Source: an uncultured Ignavibacteriales bacterium (lineage in GTDB: Bacteria; Zixibacteria; MSB-5A5; GN15; FEB-12). Taken from it: DNA of 44,052 nucleotides. Position numbers and translations under genes: made by a program. Below are positions 24,969-33,522 of this stretch, piece after piece; position 1 is the first letter of the stretch; each line of letters begins with the position of its first letter. The stretch covers positions 1-44,052 of the forward strand of contig CAYVWS010000002.1 in assembly GCA_964455535.1 (NCBI GenBank). The letters are read 5' to 3'. The notes beneath the pieces are model-generated. The model was not told where the DNA came from. It saw only the letters and a list, made by a program, of their open reading frames with translations, and searched no databases.

Positions 24969-26039
24969 ATGAGTCAGCATTCTGAAATGTCACCGAAATC
25001 TCAGGCGATCCTGTCCGGGATAGCCGCGGAACTCCCGAAGCGCCTTAGGGTTGCGCTGCTGCCATCGGTGCGGGGATCGTCCGCGGCATCGTACTGCCTT
25101 GGTCGGCTGGAAACCGGACTCGTTCGCGAAAGCGACGTGTCGGTCTCCGGGCTTGTCTCGAAGCGATACGGAAAAGTTGGTCGCGAGATTAATCGATGGA
25201 AAGCGGCACAGCGCGCCGACCAACTCATCGTGCAGGTCAGCAGCACATTCGACTTGTTGTTCAGGTGGTTTCCAGCGCTGTTGCTGGCACGATTTGACGG
25301 CAAGCGAATAGTCGGGCTGGTTGATTTCGAATCGCAGCGATTTCAGAAACCGGCGGTTCGTCGGCTTGCAACCATTCTGCTGGCCAAAGCCGACGCGTTG
25401 GTGACCTCGACCGAATGGCAGATGGGTGGACTCAGGCGGATCGGCCTGAGCGCGGTGGTGATTCCGCCGATGATAGAGACGAGCGCAGTGCAAATATTGA
25501 CCGCCGTACAGCCGCATTTGTGTGTCACGATCAACAGGGATCTCCTGAGCGAATTCACGCGTGTTTTACACTCGTTTGCAGTGATCAAACAGAAATATCC
25601 GCGCGCGGAAATGACGATATTTGCAGGGCATGCGCTTCACGATGAATTGTACCGCCAGATCACGGCGGCCGGTTTGTCGGCACAGCAGAGCATTAGTTTG
25701 GTCGATAAAACCCAGCATGGAGGGGATTGTCCGGGCGATCTGGTGATATCGCTTGATCGCGACGGTGATATCCCGTGGCAGTTGATCTCGGCCTGGAGTA
25801 CCTGCCGTCCGGTCCTGGTGCCGGCATTCAGCTTGGTGTCGTCGATAATCCGGGATAATTTCAACGGTGTTATCTATTCGAGCGCGTCAGTGGCTGGGCT
25901 AGCGGACGCCGTAATTGCCTTGGTGGAGCGACCGGAGCGGGTGCAGTCTTTGTCGACGCAGGGCATAAAAGAGGCGCAATCGTATCAGTGGGAAACACTG
26001 CGCGTACGCTGGCGTCAGATACTATTGCCTAAGAAGTGA
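24969..26039 (+). CDS. GT4-like (group 1) glycosyltransferase, divergent
   Basis: 356 aa. C-terminal half fits the GT-B/GT4 pattern (PWQLISAWSTCRPVLVPAFSLVSSIIRDNFNGVIY...LADAVIALVERPERVQSL...AQSYQWE). N-terminal half is poorly conserved. Confidence 0.55.
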   Translation: MSQHSEMSPKSQAILSGIAAELPKRLRVALLPSVRGSSAASYCLGRLETGLVRESDVSVSGLVSKRYGKVGREINRWKAAQRADQLIVQVSSTFDLLFRWFPALLLARFDGKRIVGLVDFESQRFQKPAVRRLATILLAKADALVTSTEWQMGGLRRIGLSAVVIPPMIETSAVQILTAVQPHLCVTINRDLLSEFTRVLHSFAVIKQKYPRAEMTIFAGHALHDELYRQITAAGLSAQQSISLVDKTQHGGDCPGDLVISLDRDGDIPWQLISAWSTCRPVLVPAFSLVSSIIRDNFNGVIYSSASVAGLADAVIALVERPERVQSLSTQGIKEAQSYQWETLRVRWRQILLPKK

Positions 26040-26075
26040 TTGCCCGCTCTGGGCCGACCTGTCTATATTCGGGGC

Positions 26076-27326
26076 ATGCTCAGTTCATATAGTATGTCAT
26101 CGCTCGGGGTATTCGAAGAATGCCCGAGAAAATTCAAATTCGAAAAATTCGAAAAGCCGGCAATCAGCGAACGGGTCGCGGCTCATATCTACATGGGTCA
26201 GGTGATTCATACTGCCCTGTCCCGATTGTACGAAGCGGCGTCGCACGGCAAGCTGATTCCGCTGCCGGAAATCCTCGGGTTGTACGAATCGGAGTGGGAG
26301 AAACCGGCGAGGGGAGCGATTGTCTGCCTTGATGAATCGATGACGGTTGACGACTATATCGCCACCGGCCGTGAAACGCTTACGAAATACTACAACAAGT
26401 ACCAGCCCTTTGGCGGGGGAACGCTCTTAGCCGTCGAACGGCGGATTCCGTTGGTCCTCGATGGTACGCCCTTTAAGTTCAACACCCAAATTGATCGGCT
26501 GTGGAAGCGCCCCGACGGCGTGGTCGAGATCTGGGATTACAAGACAGGCAAGGAGCTTCCGCGCAAAACCGACGTGCGCTTTCGACGTCAGATGGGATTG
26601 TATCATCTAGCGGTGAAGCAGAACTGGCCGCAGTTTGAGACGATCACGGTTATTCAGCATGCTCTGCGCCAAGACGAAATCATTTCGGAAACTTTCTCGC
26701 AGGACGAACTGGACGAGATAGCCGAAAACTTCAAACTCAGAGTATTTGAAACGTTGGCGGCCGAAAAGACTGACGACTTCCCGACCAAAGAAGGGGCGCA
26801 TTGCCGGTGGTGCGACTATCTGGCGATCTGTCCGGCGAAAGTGCATCAGCGGTTTGTCGAGGGGGAAGAGTCGACACTTGGCGAGGATAAGGCCGCGGCC
26901 GCAGAGCTGGCCTCGCAGCTTGCCGACCGATATTTAGCGGCCGCCGCAAGAGCGCACGCCGCCGAGAAAGAAAAAGAAGAACTGAAGGCCGAGGTTGTTG
27001 AGGCGGCCCGGGAGCTGGGTGTCTCGAAGCTCGCCGGTGCGACCGGCGAAGTTTCGGTGAAGCTCAAAGTGGTCGACGAGTTTCCGACTAAGAGCGGTGA
27101 TCAGCCCGCCTTCGCCGAGTTGTCGGCGCTCGTTCGCGACGCCGGGCTGGATGCGATGTTCACGCTTGATCAGCGGGCGCTTAAGAAGCTCTACGATCAG
27201 CACCGCGTTCCCGAAGAGCTGATGCCCAAGCTCGAATCGTTTTTGGTCCGTAAAGACAGAGCGCTCGTGACCGTGCCCCGGAAAAAGAAAGACGACGAAG
27301 AGGACAGCGACTCGCAGGACAGTTAA
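26076..27326 (+). CDS. PD-(D/E)XK nuclease (RecB/Cas4/AddB-type, Fe-S cysteine set) with long helical acidic C-terminal extension
   Basis: ORF trimmed to ATG 26076. N-terminal Cys (FEECPRKFKF). Catalytic IDRLW...VVEIWDYKTG (D...ExK). QMGLYHLA (QhxxY). C-terminal HCRWCDYLAICP completes a 1+3 Cys cluster. About 150 additional residues are coiled-coil-like and end in DDEEDSDSQDS. Confidence 0.75.
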   Translation: MLSSYSMSSLGVFEECPRKFKFEKFEKPAISERVAAHIYMGQVIHTALSRLYEAASHGKLIPLPEILGLYESEWEKPARGAIVCLDESMTVDDYIATGRETLTKYYNKYQPFGGGTLLAVERRIPLVLDGTPFKFNTQIDRLWKRPDGVVEIWDYKTGKELPRKTDVRFRRQMGLYHLAVKQNWPQFETITVIQHALRQDEIISETFSQDELDEIAENFKLRVFETLAAEKTDDFPTKEGAHCRWCDYLAICPAKVHQRFVEGEESTLGEDKAAAAELASQLADRYLAAAARAHAAEKEKEELKAEVVEAARELGVSKLAGATGEVSVKLKVVDEFPTKSGDQPAFAELSALVRDAGLDAMFTLDQRALKKLYDQHRVPEELMPKLESFLVRKDRALVTVPRKKKDDEEDSDSQDS

Positions 27327-27343
27327 GCGATCAGGTCAAGATC

Positions 27344-27384
27344 AAAAAAATAACCGCCCGATATGCATCGGGCGGTTTCGTTTG
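27344..27384. terminator. bidirectional intrinsic terminator between convergent genes
   Basis: AAAAAAA-t-AACCGCCCGAT-atgc-ATCGGGCGGTT-TCGTTT. The A-run on one side and T-rich tail on the other serve both the nuclease gene (+) and the 27401..27970 gene (-). Confidence 0.8.
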
Positions 27385-27400
27385 TACGGGCTGCCGAACG

Positions 27401-27970
27401 CTACTTTTTCGCTGGTCGCGCCAGAAACGCAGGGATCACCTGACGTTTGTTGAATTCCGGCCGCACCGTATCAGGCGGCGTACCGATGAGAGCGTCGGTC
27501 ATGGTCAGAAGTGAGTTGTTCGGATTCGTAGTGGTCGTATCGACGACGAGTTTCTTGATGGCGAGGTCATCGATCGACGACAAATAAATTGTCACCAGAC
27601 GTCCGGTGCCCGGCTCCATGCGCAGAGTGGTCGGTCCAAGATTGGCAATCATGCCGAGTGTCAGACACTGAATGGCGGTGTCAACACGGAACCCGCGATA
27701 GGCAAAGCTGGCGGCGCGGCCGCCGGCGTAGACGGCAGAATCAGCGATCAGCTTCACCAAACCCGCATGATATTTGAGCGGGATCGACAAGCCGACTATC
27801 GCTTCGTCGTTGGTGTAGTTCACCGTGATGGTCCATATATTGGAGTCGATCATAGCGGTCTCGGCATAGACCGTATCGACTTTGCCATAGGGATCGGACT
27901 GGGCCGACGCCACAATCGGCAGGGCCGCCACGCCGATCAGAACCATCGCAAAAAATATCGTTCTCTTCAT
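27401..27970 (-). CDS. small secreted protein, possible cohesin-like beta-sandwich (hypothetical)
   Basis: ORF trimmed to ATG 27970 (GGAGGAAGA upstream). Signal peptide MKRTIFFAMVLIGVAALPIVASAQ. 189 aa, beta-rich. WTITVNYTNDEAIVGLSIPLKYHAGLVKLIADSAV resembles the cohesin '...G.....F.L.YD...L....V' core. The fold call is low confidence. Confidence 0.6.
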   Translation of the reverse strand: MKRTIFFAMVLIGVAALPIVASAQSDPYGKVDTVYAETAMIDSNIWTITVNYTNDEAIVGLSIPLKYHAGLVKLIADSAVYAGGRAASFAYRGFRVDTAIQCLTLGMIANLGPTTLRMEPGTGRLVTIYLSSIDDLAIKKLVVDTTTTNPNNSLLTMTDALIGTPPDTVRPEFNKRQVIPAFLARPAKK

Positions 27971-28037
27971 TCTTCCTCCGAATATCGTCATTCTTTCTCC
28001 ACTTCGTTGTACAAATCGCCGGGCCAAAGGATCCGCG

Positions 28038-29525
28038 TCACTGGGCCGCAGTGGAACGCGCCAGCGCCGCCTGCTCGACAGCCATCTCGAGCGAATCGGC
28101 CGTGCGTGTATTTCCTAATTTGTCGCGATAGACGTCGGCCGCCATGCTCGCCGCGCGCAATCCCTGAATGGTCTCCGGGAATTTCTGGAACACCTGGCTC
28201 AGCGTCGTCGCGGCCTCGCTCCACTGCTTTTTTTGGCGATGCAAGTCGGCCAGAAAATACAGGGCGAGCGCTTCGTCGCGGGTACCCGGCTTCTGAGCAA
28301 TGATTGTCTTATACGCTTTTTCGGCTCGCGAATACCATTGTTCGGCTTCGGCTTCGCGTCCTTCTTTTTCGGCCTTACCCGCCAGATACAGATAAGCCGC
28401 CAGGGCAGGTTCCGAACCGGGATAATGATCGATCAAGTATCGATATTCGGTCTCGGCGCGTCCCCAGTTGTTTTCGAGTTCAAAGGTGCGCGCTTTGGTG
28501 TATTGAGCATCGGGCGAGGCCTTGAAATACCCCGGCCAACGGCTCTCGATGCTGTTAAGAATCTCGCGTGCCTTGGCGTAATCTTTCTTGTTCAGATAGA
28601 CACCGGCTCGCTTTTCGTAGATCTGAGGTCTGGCCGCAGTATCGGGCCCGACCAGAATTCGATCGAGTTCATCATACAGCGCGATCGCATCGTCGTACCT
28701 CCCGAGCTTCTCGGCGTACAGATCGGCAATATGCAGCTTCGGAACCGGCGCTATCGCTCCGGTGGAATCCACCATCTGGTGCAGGGTCGCGGCCGCTTTG
28801 CTCCACTCTTGGGCATCCTCATAGAGCCGTCCGAGATTGCCAAGAGATGTCATCGACAGCTCGGTTGGTTGGCCGGAGGTAGCTGACCATTTCTGGTAGT
28901 AGGCCTCGGCTCGCGCATACCACTGGGCCGCGCTGGCCGAATCCTGACCGTCGACAAACGCCTGATGAATTCTCAGCGGCAAATTGAACACCAGCAGGAG
29001 GACATGTCCTGAGTCGTTTACCGGCGGCACGAATTTATCGATGGCTGTAGTGTAAACCGACAACGATGAGTCGCGCCGTCCGCCGACTTGCAAGGCACGG
29101 CCGAAATTGTACCAGGTGGTTGCTTGCTCGGTGCGGTTGAGCGTCGCCTTGTCGATCAGCCGTTCAATCAGAACGACTAAAGTGTCGTAGCGACGCGCCG
29201 CGAAATACATCTGCGCCAGTCGGGAAGTGCTCTGGTAGACGATGCCGGAGAGCTGACGGTTCTCCTGCTGGTCGAACGCGGGAGTAACCGTATCGAGTGC
29301 GGCAAACCCGTACGCGGCCACTGCGCTGAATTGATCGCGGAGATTTCGGGCTACGGCAGGATCATCGACGTCGCCGCGGAATTCGGCCGCGGTGAGCGCT
29401 TTATTCGCCGCATAGTACATCTTCTCCGCCTGGTATCGAATGCGAACGGCGGTTTTGTCCGAACAGCTCCAGCCCGCAAGGGCGATGGCGGCGGCCGCAC
29501 CAAGAATCAGTATTCTGTTTCTCAT
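28038..29525 (-). CDS. tetratricopeptide-repeat protein with signal peptide (possible lipoprotein)
   Basis: ORF trimmed to ATG 29525 (MRNRILILGAAAAIALAGWSC). 495 aa of TPR-like helical pairs with many W/Y..A...Y..A motifs. Confidence 0.75.
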   Translation of the reverse strand: MRNRILILGAAAAIALAGWSCSDKTAVRIRYQAEKMYYAANKALTAAEFRGDVDDPAVARNLRDQFSAVAAYGFAALDTVTPAFDQQENRQLSGIVYQSTSRLAQMYFAARRYDTLVVLIERLIDKATLNRTEQATTWYNFGRALQVGGRRDSSLSVYTTAIDKFVPPVNDSGHVLLLVFNLPLRIHQAFVDGQDSASAAQWYARAEAYYQKWSATSGQPTELSMTSLGNLGRLYEDAQEWSKAAATLHQMVDSTGAIAPVPKLHIADLYAEKLGRYDDAIALYDELDRILVGPDTAARPQIYEKRAGVYLNKKDYAKAREILNSIESRWPGYFKASPDAQYTKARTFELENNWGRAETEYRYLIDHYPGSEPALAAYLYLAGKAEKEGREAEAEQWYSRAEKAYKTIIAQKPGTRDEALALYFLADLHRQKKQWSEAATTLSQVFQKFPETIQGLRAASMAADVYRDKLGNTRTADSLEMAVEQAALARSTAAQ

Positions 29526-29630
29526 GAGTCCTTGTATCGACTTTATCTCGCGAATTATCAATGAGATGGGAGTATATATGGCGAGGCGACTCGGCACAAG
29601 TCAATTGTCGTGAAAGGGTTGCGTAGGGCA

Positions 29631-29666
29631 AACGAAAACCGCCCGACCAATCGGCCGAGCGGTTTC
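29631..29666 (-). terminator. probable intrinsic terminator after the PEP-CTERM gene
   Basis: Minus-strand RNA AAACCGC-UCGG-CCGAUUGGUCGG-GCGGUUU followed by UCGUUUG. The stem is imperfect or branched. Confidence 0.4.
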
Positions 29667-29669
29667 ATA

Positions 29670-29683
29670 ACTGGTAACGAGAG
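29670..29683. repeat. left arm of 14-bp perfect inverted repeat bracketing the PEP-CTERM gene
   Basis: ACTGGTAACGAGAG, 6 nt beyond the stop codon (29690..29692). Confidence 0.8.
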
Positions 29684-29689
29684 TAAAAC

Positions 29690-30508
29690 TTACTTGCGGC
29701 GGCGAATCACGCCCGCGCCCAACAGGCCGATGCCGAAGAGCAGCATCGAGGCCGGTTCCGGTACGCCGGTCTGGCAGCGGTACTTGGTGTCCATCCAGTC
29801 ATTGCCGCATCCCAGATTTACGTGGAAATTGAGTTCCTTGAAATCGCCGAAGCAGGATTTGTTGATTTTGAATTCCCACACGAAGGTGTCGCCATTTCCC
29901 GGACCGGTAAATCCGGTTTCCTTAAAGGAATTGTCGTAGGTCTTGGAGAATTCGATATTCGCCTTTTTGGAGGCGTTGCTGCCGATTTCATGGGCGCCGG
30001 CTGCGTTCTTGATGGTCGTGTTCTTGTAGTACGAGCCATTCACGTTCTGGATGTAGTTCCAGCTGTTATTCGTCCGGTAGAAGCCGGTGGAACCGGATTC
30101 GTTGGATTTCTGCTTGGTATAGTCGCTGATCGAAGACTTCACGTCGATTGCGTACTGGAACGGATTGCCGCCGTCGACACCGATGAAGATATCGCCTAAG
30201 CGAAAGTTCTGGTTGTAGCTCGTCGAGTGGGCCAGATATCCGAAGGAATTGGTCATCGCGACATACACATAGTTGCCTTTTTCGCGCACCTTGAATCCCT
30301 CGAGATCGAACTTCTCGCCGCCTTCGCCTTTAGTGCCCGGAGACGGGAGATGGCCGACGTTGTTCGGGTAGTTGAACGGAGCCCAGTTGTTGTTGTAATC
30401 AAAAGGGTTCTCGCTGTTGTTAAACACGGTGTTGTAGTGATAGCCATACGCGCCGGCTGTCGCCGCCGCGAACATCACTACAAGCGTTGTCAAAATCAGT
30501 TTTTTCAC
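29690..30508 (-). CDS. PEP-CTERM sorting-domain surface protein
   Basis: 272 aa. GTG 30508 with GAGAGG upstream. Signal peptide. C-terminus GVPEPASMLLFGIGLLGAGVIRRRK is a canonical PEP motif + TM helix + basic tail. Confidence 0.9.
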   Translation of the reverse strand: MKKLILTTLVVMFAAATAGAYGYHYNTVFNNSENPFDYNNNWAPFNYPNNVGHLPSPGTKGEGGEKFDLEGFKVREKGNYVYVAMTNSFGYLAHSTSYNQNFRLGDIFIGVDGGNPFQYAIDVKSSISDYTKQKSNESGSTGFYRTNNSWNYIQNVNGSYYKNTTIKNAAGAHEIGSNASKKANIEFSKTYDNSFKETGFTGPGNGDTFVWEFKINKSCFGDFKELNFHVNLGCGNDWMDTKYRCQTGVPEPASMLLFGIGLLGAGVIRRRK

Positions 30509-30514
30509 AAATAC

Positions 30515-30528
30515 CTCTCGTTACCAGT
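30515..30528. repeat. right arm of 14-bp perfect inverted repeat bracketing the PEP-CTERM gene
   Basis: CTCTCGTTACCAGT, the reverse complement of 29670..29683. Starts 6 nt upstream of the GTG start and covers the SD. Confidence 0.8.
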
Positions 30529-30697
30529 AAGAAGTTACACTATTTCACGGTCTTTATAGGCAATTGTCGTGCCGGGATTTTCGCATCAGTTTTTGGCCGA
30601 TTTATTATTGCTATGCAATGACTTACGGTGGTGCATGTGCGCCCTTTGGAGTTATCAACATAGCTGGAATGCATAGATCGACAAAAAGTTGCTCAAA

Positions 30698-30721
30698 ATA
30701 TGTGCAACCGCATGCACATAT
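30698..30721. promoter_or_regulatory. operator-like palindrome upstream of the portal gene
   Basis: ATATGTGCA-accgca-TGCACATAT (9-bp perfect arms, 6-nt spacer) in the 324-bp divergent intergenic region, about 110 nt upstream of ATG 30833. Confidence 0.35.
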
Positions 30722-30832
30722 CATTGCCGGACAATGTGCTGGCCCAAGCCGAATCATAGCCAGTTTTGGCAATTTTGCTACAAGGTTGGTGCATGGCGCC
30801 GGATCGGCGGGAGACTAAAAAAAGGAGTCTAT

Positions 30833-32092
30833 ATGTCGTCACATGATCTGGGAGCTGCTGGTTCAAATGAAGCAGAAAGAGAATTGAAGTTCGCTTCGTT
30901 TTCGGAAAACTCGAGAAATCAGAACGGAAAGCAGCTGCTTAACATGCTGCGATTGTCTCGCGGCGATCTGATGAGCGGCCGTCATCGCACTCAGCTCTAC
31001 AGATTCCTGACCAACAATGTGCCGGTCGTGCATTCCTGTATCTGGACCTGGGTAAAGTTGGCGTCGGCCCCGGGTGAGTATGTCGTAGAATCGTCATCCG
31101 GAACTCAGGTCGAGTCTCGGGCCGCCGACCGACTCGCGCGACTCTCGGACGGATTGTATTCCGGGACGACTAACCAGCGAGTGGGGCTCGCGTTTCTTCT
31201 TTCGGAGTTGTTCACGTCGCTTTTTCGCGACGGAATGTTTGTCGGATACCTGCGTGTCAAACCCGACCAAAGCGGGGTGGAGCAGCTTCTTCCGATCGAT
31301 GTCGCCAGTCTTCGTTTTGAGTCGGACTCGGGGCGCACCGGCTTGTATCTGGATCAGAATAATCAATTAGTATCGCTGAAGCGGCCCGATGTCTTCGTCA
31401 TTCCCTATAGCGGCTCGTCGGACGCGCCGTACGGTCGTTCACTTTTGCAGGCAGTTCCATTTGTCGCGTACATCGAGCAACAGTTGATTGACGATATGCG
31501 TCGCAGCAGCCACAATTCCGGATTCCAACGTTTCCATGTCAGAATAAGCCCGCCGGAACGAATGTCGGGAGAGTCCGATTCGGCCTACACCAATCGGGTA
31601 AACGCCTATTTCGATTCGACCGTCGAGATGTTCAGGAGTTGTGAAGTCGACGACAACCCGGTGACGTGGAACAATGTTGAGGTCAGTTCGATCGGCGCCG
31701 ACCGCCGGCGCGACACCTCCAGCAGCTGGTTTATGACACACCGCGCGATGGTGGAGGAAATCTGTGCCGCGACTAATCTGTCGCCGTTCTTGTTGGGATA
31801 TTCGTACGGCGCCACGACGACCTGGTCGGGATTCAAATTCGATGTTGTCATGCGACAGGTGCGTGCGGTTCAGGCGCAGGCCTCGCAATTTTTGGAATGG
31901 ATCGGCAATATCGAGCTGGCGCTGGCGGGTATCGACGCCCGTTGCCGTTATCGATTCGATAACTCATTTGCCTATCAAGTAAAAGACGACATTGCAGTGC
32001 AAACTGCCCGGATCGACAATCTCTTGAAATTATATCAGGCCGGATTGATAGACGCTGCCACCGCCAAAAAAGAGACGTGGCGAATACTCTGA
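30833..32092 (+). CDS. phage portal protein (putative)
   Basis: ORF 30689.. trimmed to ATG 30833 (AAAGGAG upstream). 419 aa. C-terminal block EEICAATNLSPFLLGYSYGATTTWSGFKFDVVMRQVRAVQAQASQFLEWI fits the portal clip/stem pattern. Its stop is overlapped by the TerL start. Confidence 0.6.
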   Translation: MSSHDLGAAGSNEAERELKFASFSENSRNQNGKQLLNMLRLSRGDLMSGRHRTQLYRFLTNNVPVVHSCIWTWVKLASAPGEYVVESSSGTQVESRAADRLARLSDGLYSGTTNQRVGLAFLLSELFTSLFRDGMFVGYLRVKPDQSGVEQLLPIDVASLRFESDSGRTGLYLDQNNQLVSLKRPDVFVIPYSGSSDAPYGRSLLQAVPFVAYIEQQLIDDMRRSSHNSGFQRFHVRISPPERMSGESDSAYTNRVNAYFDSTVEMFRSCEVDDNPVTWNNVEVSSIGADRRRDTSSSWFMTHRAMVEEICAATNLSPFLLGYSYGATTTWSGFKFDVVMRQVRAVQAQASQFLEWIGNIELALAGIDARCRYRFDNSFAYQVKDDIAVQTARIDNLLKLYQAGLIDAATAKKETWRIL

Positions 32093-33411
32093 TCGAAGCG
32101 GCGCCGGCAGAAGTCTGGCGGCGCGGCTTTTTTGACCCGGCAACGTTTGCGCGGGAGATTCTCGGTGTCGAATTGCATGCCGGCCAGATCGAATGGCTGG
32201 CCAATTCGTGGCGACGCGAGAATCTTTTGGTAACCGGCAATCGATGGGGAAAGTCGTTTGTCTCGGCGGTGAAGCTCGTGCACAACGCTGTCTATCAGAT
32301 TCGTGCGGCGCAGTGGCGCGATGTGCCGCACTATCGGGCGGTCACCGCTTCGATTACGCAGGATCAGGCCAACATTGTGTTCAACCAAGTAAACCGGCTG
32401 ATCCGGCGATCGCCGGTACTTGCGGAGCTGGTAGTCGAACGGGTGCGCACGCCGTTTCCGAAGATCACCTTCGGCAACGGCTCGACAATTGAGTCGCGCT
32501 CGACCCAGAACCGGGGTGAGTATCTGCTCGGAAACGACTTTGATTTCTTTGTTTTCGACGAAGTAGCGTTCGAAAGCGATCCGGAGTATGTCGTCGAAGA
32601 AGTTATTCTGATGCGGCTGGCCGACCGGGAAGGGCGGCTCGACTTAGTCTCGACACCCAATGGCAAGAACTGGTTCTACAAGCGGGCCGGTGAGATTTTG
32701 ACCGGCAAACGTCCCGGGTATTTTCAGTCGGGCGACAGCCGTCAGAATCAGTTTATCTCAAGCGTGTTCCTTAACGAGCGGGTCAGATATTTCTCTGATT
32801 CGCGGATGCGCCAGAATATTATGGGACAGTTTGTAGATGCCGGTGGCGAAATTCTCAAGGGCGCCGATATCGATCGCGCTCTGTCACACGCCGCTGCGCT
32901 AAGTTCCGATTCGCCCGTGTATATCTCGGGCTGGGACCTTGCTCGCAAACGTACCGCTACCGTGGGGATTACGGTCGATGTCAGCCGGCGGCCGGTTCGG
33001 ATCGTGGCGCTGGAGCGATTCACCAATTTCGACTGGGTGATTATCCTTGAAAAAATCAGAGCGCGTCAGCGCCAATTTCCGGGGCGTCTGGTGGTTGACG
33101 GTACCGGACTTGGCGATGTGATCGCCGAGCAGCTCGCCGACTACAAACCGCTGTCGGTGATATTCACGCCCACGACCAAATCGGAACTGCTCACAAATGT
33201 TGAGTTGTTTCATGCCCGGGGCGAAGTGTCGTATGACCGCTGGGAACTTCCCGACGGTCCGGGCAAATCGTGGTCGCTCGAAGACGAACTGCGCGCGGCC
33301 AGATGGGATGACAACAACCAATGCGATTCGCTCATGGCCCTGGCTTTGGCCCTTTGGCCGCTATATCGCAAGGAACGCGCGGTGGTGCTGCCGAGATTGG
33401 CAAGAGTCTGA
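32077..33411 (+). CDS. terminase large subunit
   Basis: GTG 32077, 16-nt overlap with portal. Walker A LLVTGNRWGKS. Walker B FDFFVFDEVAF. RNaseH-like nuclease acidic motifs ISGWDLARKRTATVGITVD, LVVDGTGLGD, RWDDNNQCDSLMALALA. Confidence 0.8.
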   Translation: MANTLIEAAPAEVWRRGFFDPATFAREILGVELHAGQIEWLANSWRRENLLVTGNRWGKSFVSAVKLVHNAVYQIRAAQWRDVPHYRAVTASITQDQANIVFNQVNRLIRRSPVLAELVVERVRTPFPKITFGNGSTIESRSTQNRGEYLLGNDFDFFVFDEVAFESDPEYVVEEVILMRLADREGRLDLVSTPNGKNWFYKRAGEILTGKRPGYFQSGDSRQNQFISSVFLNERVRYFSDSRMRQNIMGQFVDAGGEILKGADIDRALSHAAALSSDSPVYISGWDLARKRTATVGITVDVSRRPVRIVALERFTNFDWVIILEKIRARQRQFPGRLVVDGTGLGDVIAEQLADYKPLSVIFTPTTKSELLTNVELFHARGEVSYDRWELPDGPGKSWSLEDELRAARWDDNNQCDSLMALALALWPLYRKERAVVLPRLARV

Positions 33412-33456
33412 CTTTCCGCCTGCCAACGTTGTTCGAAATCGTTTCACCCTGCACAC

Positions 33457-33497
33457 AAAAAAATGCACCTCCTGAGGGAAGGGAACTCAGGAGGCAC
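33457..33497 (-). terminator. intrinsic terminator of the antisense PEP-CTERM mini-gene
   Basis: Minus-strand RNA GUGCCUCCUGAG-UUCCCUUCC-CUCAGGAGGUGC (9 Watson-Crick pairs, extendable with G.U) then A-UUUUUUU (plus-strand A-run 33457..33463). Confidence 0.7.
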
Positions 33498-33522
33498 TGA
33501 GGGGAGGAGGGTTGGGGGAATG

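Noticed and set aside
30564-30818. 84-aa plus-strand ORF in the portal-upstream intergenic region, considered as a TerS or regulator
   Set aside because: It has a TTG start without an SD. Its Cys/His/aromatic-rich composition shows no helix-turn-helix pattern. It overlaps the operator-like palindromes, which suggests a non-coding regulatory region. It should be revisited if profile searches find a TerS-like fold.
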